DNA of 64,000 nt from Desulfosudaceae bacterium (GTDB lineage Bacteria; Desulfobacterota; Desulfobacteria; Desulfobacterales; Desulfosudaceae): the NCBI GenBank assembly GCA_963674745.2, contig CAXXDV010000001.1, forward strand, positions 1 through 64,000. Reading direction: 5' to 3'. The number at the start of each line of letters is the position of its first letter. The stretch's first letter is position 1. A program made the translations under genes and the position numbers. Of this stretch, positions 1 to 9,223 are shown in pieces. The notes under the pieces are model-generated. The model did not search any database, was not told where the DNA came from, and saw only the letters and a program-made list of their open reading frames with translations.

Positions 1-1
1 C

Positions 2-871
2 ACATTTCTGGTCCTGTTTGTGGAAGATATCATTCCCGACACCTGCAAAAAGCATATCCGCTTCTTCGATGTAAACAAAACCACCAAAACCAACCTGATA
101 CATTCAAAATCGCTTTCCATGAGCGATGACTTTGACAGAAATCAGAAATATCTTGAATCGGCCCGCTTTAACAATTTTATAAAAGAGCTGCTTCCCCTGG
201 ATTACGCTCTCCTGATCCAGCGGGATCCGAGCACTGTTTCCACCGATCGTTACGCCGTTACCCATTTTCATGTCCGCATTGACTGGCCCATTGCCAGCGC
301 TGCTGAGGACATGGCCCAGTTTCTGAGGTATATCTCCAAAGACCTTTACGAAAAAGGAGACAAGTACGCTGAAAGTCTTCAAAAAAAGTTGTTTGAATAT
401 TACGGGTTTCCCTTCATGATCGGCGGGCGGAGAACGGCAGCCCTGGTGGCGGCCCAGTTTCTGAAACAGCTGCCCTGCATCAGCACGGTTTACGTGGCCA
501 GCAGTGAGGCCCGACTGGTTACCCGTATGTCAGAAAGAGGCATATCCAAGTTCACGCTGATAAAACTTTCCAAACAGGAGATGACCGCCCTGGCCAGCGG
601 CAACGACCTGACCTTAAAAGAATTGACCAACAATTACATTATTGCAAACGAAGGCCGGTCCGGTGTAGCCGTCCTGTATGTTTCGTATGATCAGACCGAA
701 CACGCCAAGGTACCGTCAGACAAAAAACTGCGGACACTAAACCCGATCACCCCCTGGTTGACGGTCGGTAACCAGTATGTCCTGCCGAAATCAGATATTG
801 CCAAAAGAAGAAAATACCCGCCCCTGCCGATCAACCTGATCTATACCGAGAGCCTCAAAACCGACGTCTGA
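2..871 (+). CDS. Hypothetical protein, probably truncated at the window's left edge
   Basis: The frame is open from position 2 (the track starts it at GTG 20). 283+ aa, globular-looking, no motif recognised. Stop TGA 869-871 abuts a palindromic repeat. Confidence 0.7.
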   Translation, partial: TFLVLFVEDIIPDTCKKHIRFFDVNKTTKTNLIHSKSLSMSDDFDRNQKYLESARFNNFIKELLPLDYALLIQRDPSTVSTDRYAVTHFHVRIDWPIASAAEDMAQFLRYISKDLYEKGDKYAESLQKKLFEYYGFPFMIGGRRTAALVAAQFLKQLPCISTVYVASSEARLVTRMSERGISKFTLIKLSKQEMTALASGNDLTLKELTNNYIIANEGRSGVAVLYVSYDQTEHAKVPSDKKLRTLNPITPWLTVGNQYVLPKSDIAKRRKYPPLPINLIYTESLKTDV

Positions 872-993
872 CGGAAAAGTAAAAAGCCCAATGCCGGCGT
901 TGCGCTTCATCTTTCAGAATCTCACGTACGACTATGTACGCTGCGATTCCTCAAGACTTGCGCGCCTTGGCCTTGGGCTTTTTACTTTTCCGT
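871..993. repeat. Palindromic intergenic element (MITE/REP-like) with 21-bp perfect terminal inverted repeats
   Basis: ACGGAAAAGTAAAAAGCCCAA (871-891) is the exact reverse complement of TTGGGCTTTTTACTTTTCCGT (973-993); internal CGTAC-gactat-GTACG hairpin. Confidence 0.8.
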
Positions 994-1111
994 GCACAAA
1001 AAGGCTATTTCCAAATCAAAGTCTCTCTGCGTCACCGCCTCCTGGCCGCCTTGAGATCATCTTTGGTTCGAAGCCGGTATGACAAGCAGACGAATCTACA
1101 TGTCACGAAAC

Positions 1112-1142
1112 AAAAAGGCCCCGCCCGGAGCGTGGCCTTTTT
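1112..1142. terminator. Bidirectional intrinsic terminator
   Basis: AAAAAGGCC-cCGC..GCGt-GGCCTTTTT hairpin between convergent genes; similar to 50181-50214. Confidence 0.7.
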
Positions 1143-1175
1143 GTCATTTATAAAGAAATGGGTTTAATTCCAGCT

Positions 1176-1604
1176 TTAAATCACTTCAACTATTTCCAGG
1201 TCAAAAAACAAGTCTTTTCCCGCCAGGGGATGATTACCATCCAGGGTTACTGAATCATCGGTAAAAGAGACGACCGTTACGACCATGATCTGCCCGTCAG
1301 GTTGTTGCGCCTGCAACTGCTGACCGACTTCAGGGGTAATGTATTCCGGGAACTCTGCCCGGGGAATTTCCACCACCAGATCTTCATGATAGGTATAGGC
1401 CTGATCAGCCGGAATCTTGGCGGCTTCTTTTTTATCACCGGTTTTCATGCCGATAACGGCCGCCTCAAAACCCGGTATCATCTGCCCCTGACCGATGGTG
1501 AATTCCAAAGGGTCCCGCCCTTCTGATGAATCAAAAACTTCGCCGCCTTCCAGCTTGCCTGTATAATGAACTTTAACTTTCTTGCCGTTTTCTGCCTGCG
1601 TCAT
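1176..1604 (-). CDS. slyD: FKBP-type peptidyl-prolyl cis-trans isomerase (SlyD-like, no His-rich tail)
   Basis: KVKVHYTGKLEGGEVFDSS..PLEFTIGQGQMIPGFE, DGNHPLAGKDLFFDLEIVEV; ATG 1604 preceded by AAGGGAG. Confidence 0.9.
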   Translation of the reverse strand: MTQAENGKKVKVHYTGKLEGGEVFDSSEGRDPLEFTIGQGQMIPGFEAAVIGMKTGDKKEAAKIPADQAYTYHEDLVVEIPRAEFPEYITPEVGQQLQAQQPDGQIMVVTVVSFTDDSVTLDGNHPLAGKDLFFDLEIVEVI

Positions 1605-1834
1605 GACACTCCCTTTGATTTGGAGATTAAAAATTGCCTCCTTAACAGAAGAAATTGATATAAAAAGACCAACTTCAAGAAAAGGAGAATGGACTTGTTT
1701 GAAAAATATTGATAAATCCATAGTTGACATTTCCGGTCAATGGCTGTCAATGATAAAAGTATTCTTTTTGCGGTCAATTGTGGTTTACAGGAGAGGGTTA
1801 ACACAATTTGCCTGGGCGTGCCACTGATATTGAA

Positions 1835-2023
1835 GGGTTCAAGGATTCAAGGGGTCGAGGGGCCGAGAGCGGTATCAGCCGGAATAATGGGTGTTTTTTA
1901 TAGAATTATGTTTTTATATTCCAATACCTATGGACTATTGCCAAAAAATATTGTAATCCATAAAAATGTTTTAATTCCACATAAAAAACCCTTGGCCCCT
2001 TGAATCCTCGAATCCTTGGCCCT
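1835..2023. repeat. ~190-bp imperfect hairpin element with 8-bp-periodic inverted arms
   Basis: Left arm GGGTTCAA GGATTCAA GGGGTCGA GGGGCCGA (1835-1866); right arm TTGGCCCC TTGAATCC TCGAATCC TTGGCCCT (1992-2023); the AT-rich interior is also partly self-complementary. Confidence 0.75.
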
Positions 2024-2055
2024 TTTTTTCACCAGACCGAAAAACAGGATAAAGT

Positions 2056-3354
2056 TTGAACAAATTATCTTCTGAACAAATATTGAACTTTGATCGTCAA
2101 CATATCTGGCACCCGTACACCTCCATGATTGATCCGCTGCCGGTTTATGCAGTCAGGTCAGCAACCGGTTGCACACTGGCTCTGGCAGACGGTCGGGAAC
2201 TGATCGACGGCATGGCCTCCTGGTGGACGGCCGTCCACGGATACAACCATCCCGTGCTCAACCGGGCTGCCGCCGACCAGCTGTCCCGGATGTCCCATGT
2301 CATGTTCGGCGGCCTGACCCATGAACCGGCCGTCAACCTGTGCGCCCTGCTTGTGGAGCTGACCCCGGAGGGTTTGAACCGGGTGTTTCTGGCGGATTCC
2401 GGTTCAGTGTCCGTGGAGGTGGCCATTAAAATGGCTATACAATACTGGTCTTCCATGGGCCTTCCGGAGAAACGGAAGCTGGCCACCATCCGCTCCGGCT
2501 ACCACGGTGACACCTTTGGGGCCATGGCTGTCTGCGATCCGGTCACGGGCATGCATGACCTGTTTTCCGGGGTGTTGACCCGGCATTATTTCGCCGACCA
2601 ACCCCGCTGCCGGTTTGACCAGCCCTGGCAGGAAGAGGACATCCAGAGCATGCGGGCCATCATCGAGCAGCACCACAACGAAATCGCGGCCGTTATTCTG
2701 GAACCGGTTGTCCAGGGTGCCGGCGGCATGTGGTTTTATTCCCCGCACTATCTGACCCGGATCAGACAGCTGTGCGACGCATTCGACCTGCTGCTGATCT
2801 GTGACGAAATCGCCACCGGTTTCGGTCGTACCGGTAAAATGTTCGCCAGCGAGCATGCCGGTATATGCCCGGATATCATGTGTGTCGGCAAAGCCATGAC
2901 CGGGGGATACCTTTCCCTGGCGGCCACATTAACAACCGATCGGGTCAGCAACGGTATTTGCTCGGCCTCACCCGGCGTCTTCATGCACGGCCCCACTTTC
3001 ATGGGCAATCCGCTGGCCTGCGCCATCGCCACGGCAGCCATCAAATTGCTGAAATCACAGGACTGGCGAAAAACCATCGCAGGCATCGAAGCCCAGTTAA
3101 AAAGCGAGCTGACGCCCATGGCTCAAATTCCGGGAGTGGCGGACGTGCGGGTGCTGGGCGGCATCGGCGTCGTGGAAATGGATCGTCCGGTCGACGTTGC
3201 CGGGGCCCAGCGATATTTTACCGACCAGGGTGTATGGATCCGTCCCTTTGGCCGGCTGATTTACATCATGCCGCCCTATATCATCAACGCCCGGGAACTG
3301 TCCTGCCTGACCGGGGCCATGGCCGGTTTCGCCCGAACGATGGCGGATGAATGA
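2056..3354 (+). CDS. bioA: Adenosylmethionine-8-amino-7-oxononanoate aminotransferase
   Basis: HIWHPYTSM, DGMASWW, DSGSVSVEVAIKMA, DEIATGFGRTG, GKAMTGG (PLP Lys), HGPTFMGNPLAC; TTG start. Confidence 0.95.
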   Translation: MNKLSSEQILNFDRQHIWHPYTSMIDPLPVYAVRSATGCTLALADGRELIDGMASWWTAVHGYNHPVLNRAAADQLSRMSHVMFGGLTHEPAVNLCALLVELTPEGLNRVFLADSGSVSVEVAIKMAIQYWSSMGLPEKRKLATIRSGYHGDTFGAMAVCDPVTGMHDLFSGVLTRHYFADQPRCRFDQPWQEEDIQSMRAIIEQHHNEIAAVILEPVVQGAGGMWFYSPHYLTRIRQLCDAFDLLLICDEIATGFGRTGKMFASEHAGICPDIMCVGKAMTGGYLSLAATLTTDRVSNGICSASPGVFMHGPTFMGNPLACAIATAAIKLLKSQDWRKTIAGIEAQLKSELTPMAQIPGVADVRVLGGIGVVEMDRPVDVAGAQRYFTDQGVWIRPFGRLIYIMPPYIINARELSCLTGAMAGFARTMADE

Positions 3355-4510
3355 AATGAACAAATTTGACTTTATAGATAAAGAATTTGCACGCCGGGAA
3401 AATACCAACCAGTTCCGTCGGCTGCGGCAGATGACACCCCTGGAAAACGGCCGTGTGGACGTGGACGGCAGGGCCCTGATTAATTTCTGTTCAAACGATT
3501 ACCTGGGATTGTCCCAACATCCCCTGCTCAAAGAACGGGCATCCGCCTATATAAAATTGTACGGCGCCGGTTCCACGGCCTCCCGCCTGATCTGCGGCAA
3601 CTCTCCCTGCTTTGAAGAAACGGAAAGCAAACTGGCCCTGCTCAAAAAGGCACCGGCCGCCCTTCTGCTCAACACCGGTTACCAGACCAACGCCACCCTG
3701 TTACCGGCGCTGTGTGACAAAAATACCCTGATCCTGTCCGACCGGTTGAACCACAACAGTATTATCGCCGGATGCCGGTTATCCCGCTGCACCGTCAACC
3801 AGTTTGCCCACAACGACCTGAACGATCTGGAAGAACAACTGCGGGAAAACGCATCAAAAGATTTTTCCAGAACCATCATCATCACGGAAACGGTCTTTTC
3901 CATGGACGGCGATACCTGCGACATGGACCGGCTGACAGCCCTGGCTGAACAATTTGGCGCCATCCTGATCGTGGATGAAGCCCATGCCACCGGCGTTCTC
4001 GGGCAATCCGGCATGGGCCTGGCCTGCGGCGGTAAAGCCGATGTGGTCATGGGCACTTTCGGCAAAGGCTGCGGCAGTTTCGGCGCTTATATTACCTGTT
4101 CGGAAAAAATGCGGGACTATCTGGTCAACTGCTGCCCCGGTTTTATCTATACCACCGGCCTGCCGCCGGCTGTTATCGGCGCCATTGACGCTGCCCTGGA
4201 CATCATCCCGGGGATGGATAACGAACGCAAAACGCTTCTGGACAACGCCGTTTTTTTAAGACAACGGCTCAACGATATGGGTTTTTCCACGGCCGGCTCC
4301 AACACCCAGATCATTCCGGTCATTCTGGGTGAAGAAAAAAAGGCATTATCGCTTTCCGGCTGGCTGGAAGAACGCGGTTTTCTGGCGATGGCCATCCGGC
4401 CCCCGTCGGTGCCGCCGGAGCAATCCCGGGTACGGATATCCCTGTCCGCGGTACATGAACGCCGGGACGTGGAAACCCTGGCCGAGGCCGTGGCGCAATG
4501 GACAATGTAA
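3347..4510 (+). CDS. bioF: 8-amino-7-oxononanoate synthase
   Basis: NFCSNDYLGL, GAGSTASRLI, DRLNHNSI, FSMDGD, VDEAHATG, GTFGKG, AIRPPSVP; alternative start at 3356. Confidence 0.95.
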   Translation: MNEMNKFDFIDKEFARRENTNQFRRLRQMTPLENGRVDVDGRALINFCSNDYLGLSQHPLLKERASAYIKLYGAGSTASRLICGNSPCFEETESKLALLKKAPAALLLNTGYQTNATLLPALCDKNTLILSDRLNHNSIIAGCRLSRCTVNQFAHNDLNDLEEQLRENASKDFSRTIIITETVFSMDGDTCDMDRLTALAEQFGAILIVDEAHATGVLGQSGMGLACGGKADVVMGTFGKGCGSFGAYITCSEKMRDYLVNCCPGFIYTTGLPPAVIGAIDAALDIIPGMDNERKTLLDNAVFLRQRLNDMGFSTAGSNTQIIPVILGEEKKALSLSGWLEERGFLAMAIRPPSVPPEQSRVRISLSAVHERRDVETLAEAVAQWTM

Positions 4511-5145
4511 TGAAGCGAACCGATTTCCCCCAACGCCTGATTGTCACGGGAACCGATACGGACATTGGAAAAACCGTGATATCCGCTGTCCTGGTGGCCG
4601 GCCTTTCCGCCGTGTACTGGAAACCGATCCAGAGCGGTACTGACGGGCAGACTGACAGGCATTGGGTTCAGAGCCATACGGGCCTTGGCGAGGATCATTT
4701 TCCGGCTGAAACTTATCTGCTGCAAACGCCCGTTTCTCCGCATCTGGCCGCGGCCATCGAAGGCACAACCATTGATCCGTCACGAATCATTCCCCCACCC
4801 CTGCCGCCAGGCAAATCACCCCTGATAATCGAAGGCGCCGGCGGTGTGATGGCACCCTTAAATAAAACCCGATTCATGATAGACCTGTTCAGCCGCCTGA
4901 ACGCGCCTGTTCTGGTGGTTGCGCCCAGCCGGGTGGGTATGATCAATCATACCCTGTTGACAGTAGAGCAACTCCGACGATACCATATTCCGGTGTTCGG
5001 CGTTGTCATGAACGGACCCCGCAATGAAGAGAACAGAAAAGCGGTTGAACACTACGGCCGGGTACCGGTCCTGGCCCAGATCCCGCCTCTGCCGGAGATA
5101 AACCCGGATGCGCTGCGTCATGCCTTTGAGGATCATTTTGGATAA
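4510..5145 (+). CDS. bioD: Dethiobiotin synthase
   Basis: [12 protein letters not shown]-loop, [33 protein letters not shown] overlap with the bioF stop. Confidence 0.95.
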   Translation: MKRTDFPQRLIVTGTDTDIGKTVISAVLVAGLSAVYWKPIQSGTDGQTDRHWVQSHTGLGEDHFPAETYLLQTPVSPHLAAAIEGTTIDPSRIIPPPLPPGKSPLIIEGAGGVMAPLNKTRFMIDLFSRLNAPVLVVAPSRVGMINHTLLTVEQLRRYHIPVFGVVMNGPRNEENRKAVEHYGRVPVLAQIPPLPEINPDALRHAFEDHFG

Positions 5146-5146
5146 T

Positions 5147-6148
5147 ATGAAACAAAAACGACATTATTATATTGAACTGGCGCAAAAAATCATTGATGGA
5201 ACCGCTATCGATCCGGCAACCTGCCGGGAACTGATCAATATCCCGGACGAAGACACACTGCTGATGTGTGCCGGCGCGGACATGTTGCGCGAAGACAGGT
5301 TCGGCAAAACCATTCACCTGTGCGTCATCCACAACGGCAAATCCGGTCGATGCTCGGAAGACTGTTGCTTCTGCGCCCAGTCGGCTCATGCCAGAACCGG
5401 GGCACCGGTCTATCCTTTAATGACCGTCGAAGAACTGGCCGAACCGGGCAAACGGCTGGAAAACACCCCGGTCAACCGCTACTCCATTGTTACCAGCGGC
5501 AGGGGCTTGTCTTCGCGGGAAACCGCCGTCGTGGCCGAGGCCCTTTCGCGGATCGACACCACGGCCCTGGACACCTGCGCCTCACCGGGTATTATCGGCC
5601 GGGAAAACATGGAAGTATTGAAAGCCGCCGGTGTCACCCGGTTTCACCATAACCTGGAAACCGCTGCCAGCCATTTTCCCGCCGTCTGCACAACCCACAC
5701 TTATGAAGAACGGGTCCGGACCCTGGAAACCGCCCGTCAGGCCGGGCTTACGCTGTGCTGCGGCGGCATATTCGGCCTGGGCGAAAGCCAAGACCAGATC
5801 GTGGAACTGGCCCTGGCCATAAAAGCCCTGAATGTCGATGCCGTACCCGTTAATTTCCTCACCCCCGTGACCGGCACCCCGGCCGAAAGCATGCACGACC
5901 TTACCCCCTTGAAGTGCCTGAGAATCATCGCCTTTTTAAGATACGTCCTGCCCGACAAAGAAATCATTATCTGCGGCGGCAGGGAGCAGAACCTAAAGGG
6001 ACTTCACCCCTTTATTTTCTACGCCGGGGCCAGCGGCATCATGACCGGCGACTACCTGACCACCAGCGGCCGGAACCTGGAGACCGACCTGTCGTTGCTG
6101 GAAATGCTGGGACTGAAAGCAAGGTCCCCCCATACGGATCAGCCGTAA
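5147..6148 (+). CDS. bioB: Biotin synthase (radical SAM)
   Basis: [11 protein letters not shown] radical-SAM motif, [31 protein letters not shown]. Confidence 0.95.
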   Translation: MKQKRHYYIELAQKIIDGTAIDPATCRELINIPDEDTLLMCAGADMLREDRFGKTIHLCVIHNGKSGRCSEDCCFCAQSAHARTGAPVYPLMTVEELAEPGKRLENTPVNRYSIVTSGRGLSSRETAVVAEALSRIDTTALDTCASPGIIGRENMEVLKAAGVTRFHHNLETAASHFPAVCTTHTYEERVRTLETARQAGLTLCCGGIFGLGESQDQIVELALAIKALNVDAVPVNFLTPVTGTPAESMHDLTPLKCLRIIAFLRYVLPDKEIIICGGREQNLKGLHPFIFYAGASGIMTGDYLTTSGRNLETDLSLLEMLGLKARSPHTDQP

Positions 6149-6169
6149 TAATCCAAAGCTTGCCACTGC

Positions 6170-6198
6170 TTGACAAAAAATCGCTTTTTTCTTATGAT
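6170..6198 (+). promoter_or_regulatory. Sigma70-type promoter for the FHA-EAL gene
   Basis: TTGACA-N17-TATGAT. Confidence 0.6.
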
Positions 6199-6342
6199 GT
6201 TTAAATAATAAAATTATCATAATCTCCGGGCTTCCTGCTTACACCCCAATCTACTTACAGTGCCAGCGATCTGCAGGACAAGTAAACGGACACCTTTTTT
6301 GAAAACAACAGAAGCATTTCCTGCTGCTAAGGGGGATTGCGA

Positions 6343-7461
6343 ATGAAATCAGGCGAAAGCACCACGGACAATCCAATACACTGGTATCTGGAATCAGTTG
6401 CGGATATCAACAGGGAATGGATGGTGGCCATAGAGACATTCCCTTTTATCATCGGACGTGACACGGACTGTAACCTGAAACTGACCGACAAATGGATCTC
6501 CAGGCATCATTCTGAAATCCGATTAAGCGGCGAACATCTCTGGATTCGTGATTTAGAAAGTAAAAACGGTACGTTCGTAAACCAGGAAGCGATCAATCAG
6601 GCGGAACTGCTTGAACCCGGTGATCATATTTCCATCGGCAAATTTAAATTCAGAGTAAAAAAACTGGCGGCCGATGCCTGTCCCTCCATAGAAGATACCT
6701 GTACGCTGTCAGAAAGCATCAACTTTCCGGCTTCTATGGAGATAAAATTACGAAATTTGATCCATACGCGCAACGTCATTCCACATTTCCAACCGGTCTT
6801 AAACATGTCAAATATGGAAACCCTGGGCTACGAAATCCTGGGCAGGATAAGCGATAAAGGTCTGCCGGATAACCCGGAGAAGCTTTTTGAAATGGCCGAA
6901 TGGTTTGAATGCGCCCTCGAACTGAGTGCGTTGTTCAGGGAGGTCGGTTTGGAAATGGGCAAGGATCTGCCCGGATCTTGTATTTTGTTTGTCAATGTCA
7001 CACCCTATGAGATCAAGAGGATGGATGTTCTCCTGGGGTCCCTGGAAAAGACCCATCATATGGCACCCACCGCCAGGCTGGTGATCGAAATCAATGAAAA
7101 AGCAGTCAGCGACATCCGGGAAATAAACCGGCTTCGGGAAACTTTAGCCCGTTTAGACATGGGGTTGGCCTTCGACGACTTCGGCGTAGGCCAGACCCGC
7201 CTGGTGGAACTCGCCAAGGTACCGCCCGACTATCTTAAATTCGATATATCCCTGATCCGCAACATCCACCTTGCGCCGACTCGCCTGCATCAAATGATTT
7301 CCACATTTGTTCAAGCCGCCCAGGATATAGGGGTGGAAACGATCGCTGAAGGCGTGGAATGCGCTGAAGAAGCTGAAATTTGCCGGCAGCTTGGTTTTAA
7401 TCTGGCCCAGGGTTTCTTTTATGGCAGGCCACGACCTGTCAACGAGATTGAAAGCCCGTAA
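6343..7461 (+). CDS. FHA domain + EAL domain protein (putative c-di-GMP phosphodiesterase)
   Basis: FHA motifs IIGRD..ISRHH..DLESKNGTFVN; EAL motifs HFQP, YEILGR, FVNV, EINE, DDFGVG, KFD, AEGVE, QGFF. Confidence 0.88.
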   Translation: MKSGESTTDNPIHWYLESVADINREWMVAIETFPFIIGRDTDCNLKLTDKWISRHHSEIRLSGEHLWIRDLESKNGTFVNQEAINQAELLEPGDHISIGKFKFRVKKLAADACPSIEDTCTLSESINFPASMEIKLRNLIHTRNVIPHFQPVLNMSNMETLGYEILGRISDKGLPDNPEKLFEMAEWFECALELSALFREVGLEMGKDLPGSCILFVNVTPYEIKRMDVLLGSLEKTHHMAPTARLVIEINEKAVSDIREINRLRETLARLDMGLAFDDFGVGQTRLVELAKVPPDYLKFDISLIRNIHLAPTRLHQMISTFVQAAQDIGVETIAEGVECAEEAEICRQLGFNLAQGFFYGRPRPVNEIESP

Positions 7462-7476
7462 GAAAAAGGATTACAT

Positions 7477-7842
7477 ATGGATTCATATCTCAGCATGACA
7501 GGCATGGCCCTGTTCGGTATTCTGGTGGGCATTGGCGCCTCATTTTCCGGCCTGGGCGGGGGTTTTCTGATGATACCCTTTCTGCTGTTCATGGGATACG
7601 CGGCCCAGAAAGCGGTGGGCACCTCGTTTCTGGCCATCATGATCATCTCCATATCGGCGCTGGTGGCCCACAACAAACTGGCCAACGTGGACTACCGGGC
7701 CGGCATTCTGCTCGGCATCGGCGGCATTATCGGCGCCCAGGTGGGCGCCCGCCTGGTGGAGCATGTTTCCACCGATGTTTTCCGCAAAATATTTGCCGTC
7801 ATCCTGGTCGGGCTGGCTGTCTATATGTTTGTTAAAAAGTAA
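7477..7842 (+). CDS. Half-length TauE/SafE (TSUP) family membrane protein
   Basis: GLGGGFLMIP, AVGTS, GAQVGARL; ~4 TM segments in 121 aa. Confidence 0.8.
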   Translation: MDSYLSMTGMALFGILVGIGASFSGLGGGFLMIPFLLFMGYAAQKAVGTSFLAIMIISISALVAHNKLANVDYRAGILLGIGGIIGAQVGARLVEHVSTDVFRKIFAVILVGLAVYMFVKK

Positions 7843-7900
7843 AATTCTTTCCGATTATTGACCTTTCCCGCCTGTTTTGTGAGAATAAGCTCATTTTTAA

Positions 7901-7937
7901 AGGGTATCTCTAAAAAGGCAATTTTTAGAGGTGCCCT
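7901..7937. repeat. Short inverted repeat upstream of moeA
   Basis: AGGGTATCTCTAAAAA-ggcaa-TTTTTAGAGGTGCCCT; the two mismatches form G-U pairs in RNA. Confidence 0.55.
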
Positions 7938-7977
7938 AAAGGCTTATTCAGGTCGGCCATAACAGCAGGAAGATGGA

Positions 7978-9213
7978 ATGAAAGAAACATTTTTCAAGGT
8001 TGTTCCGCCGGAAACGGTGCTTTGCCTGGTGGATCGATTTGACCCCGTTTCCAAGGAGACCATTACCCTCGTCCAGGCCCACAACCGGGTGCTGGCCGAA
8101 GATATCGTTGCCACAGGCAGCCTGCCGGGTTTTGCCCGTTCGGCCATGGACGGCTACGCGGTGCGGGCGGCCGCTACCTTCGGCGCATCCGAGGCCAACC
8201 CTGCCTATCTGGAGACGAAAGGCACTGTTGCCATGGGCGAATCCCCTGATTTCGCTCTGGGCCCCGGAGAAGCGGCCGCCATTCCCACCGGGGGGATGAT
8301 GCCCGAAGGGACGGACAGCGTGGTCATCATCGAACACACCCGGATGGTCGATGATCGTCTGCTTGAGATTTTCAAGCCGGTCGCACCGGGTCAAAATGTC
8401 ATGGCGGCCGACGAAGATTACAAAAAAGGAGAAATCGCGCTGAACCGGGGAAGCCGTATCCGCAGCCAGGAAGCGGGGCTGCTGGCCGCCCTTGGCATCA
8501 CAAATGTTACTGTTTTTCGCAAACCGAAAATCGGGGTCATTTCCACCGGTGATGAAGTGGTGCCGGCCGACATGGATCCTTCGCCCGCTCGCATCCGGGA
8601 CGTCAACACCCATACCCTGTCGGCCCTGGTTGAAACCGCCGGCGGACGGGCAATTTCATACGGCATCGTAAATGACCACCTGGAGCACCTCACGGAGAAA
8701 ACTGCCACCGCCCTGGCGGAATGCGATATGGTGGTGCTTTCCGGCGGCAGTTCCCTGGGAACCCGCGACTATACACTGGAACTGATCGACAAGTTGCCGG
8801 AATCCGAGCTTCTGGTCAGCGGCATCGCCATCCGTCCGGGAAAACCGACCATCCTGGCACGGGTGGCCGGTAAACCGTTCTGGGGGCTTCCCGGGCAGGT
8901 CACTTCCGCCATGATCGTTTTTTCGGTCATTGTCCGGCCGTTTATCAACCGCCTGGCCGGGCGCCGATCGGACAACACCGTTACCGATCGCACGATCTCA
9001 GCCCTGGCCGGGAGGAACATCCCTTCCGCGCACGGCCGGGTCGACTACGTCCGCGTTCGGCTGGCTGAAGAGCAGGGCGATATCCGGGCCTTTCCGGTCT
9101 TCGGAAAATCGGGACTGTTGCGTTCCATGGTCGAAGCCGACGGACTGATCGCCATCGGCGCCGACACCGAAGGCATTGATGCCGGAACGCCGGTAACGGT
9201 TTTGTGTTTCTAA
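7978..9213 (+). CDS. moeA: Molybdopterin molybdenum/tungsten transferase MoeA
   Basis: SAMDGYAV, IPTGGMMP, STGDEV, SGGSSLG, IRPGKP, GLPG. Confidence 0.92.
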   Translation: MKETFFKVVPPETVLCLVDRFDPVSKETITLVQAHNRVLAEDIVATGSLPGFARSAMDGYAVRAAATFGASEANPAYLETKGTVAMGESPDFALGPGEAAAIPTGGMMPEGTDSVVIIEHTRMVDDRLLEIFKPVAPGQNVMAADEDYKKGEIALNRGSRIRSQEAGLLAALGITNVTVFRKPKIGVISTGDEVVPADMDPSPARIRDVNTHTLSALVETAGGRAISYGIVNDHLEHLTEKTATALAECDMVVLSGGSSLGTRDYTLELIDKLPESELLVSGIAIRPGKPTILARVAGKPFWGLPGQVTSAMIVFSVIVRPFINRLAGRRSDNTVTDRTISALAGRNIPSAHGRVDYVRVRLAEEQGDIRAFPVFGKSGLLRSMVEADGLIAIGADTEGIDAGTPVTVLCF

Positions 9214-9223
9214 AGGAAATAAA

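Noticed and set aside
1723..1806. BirA operator upstream of the bio operon
   Set aside because: GGTTTACA and GGTTAACA resemble right half-sites, but I found no properly spaced left half-site; the TTGAC-N7-GTCAA palindrome at 1724-1740 could be overlapping divergent -35 boxes.
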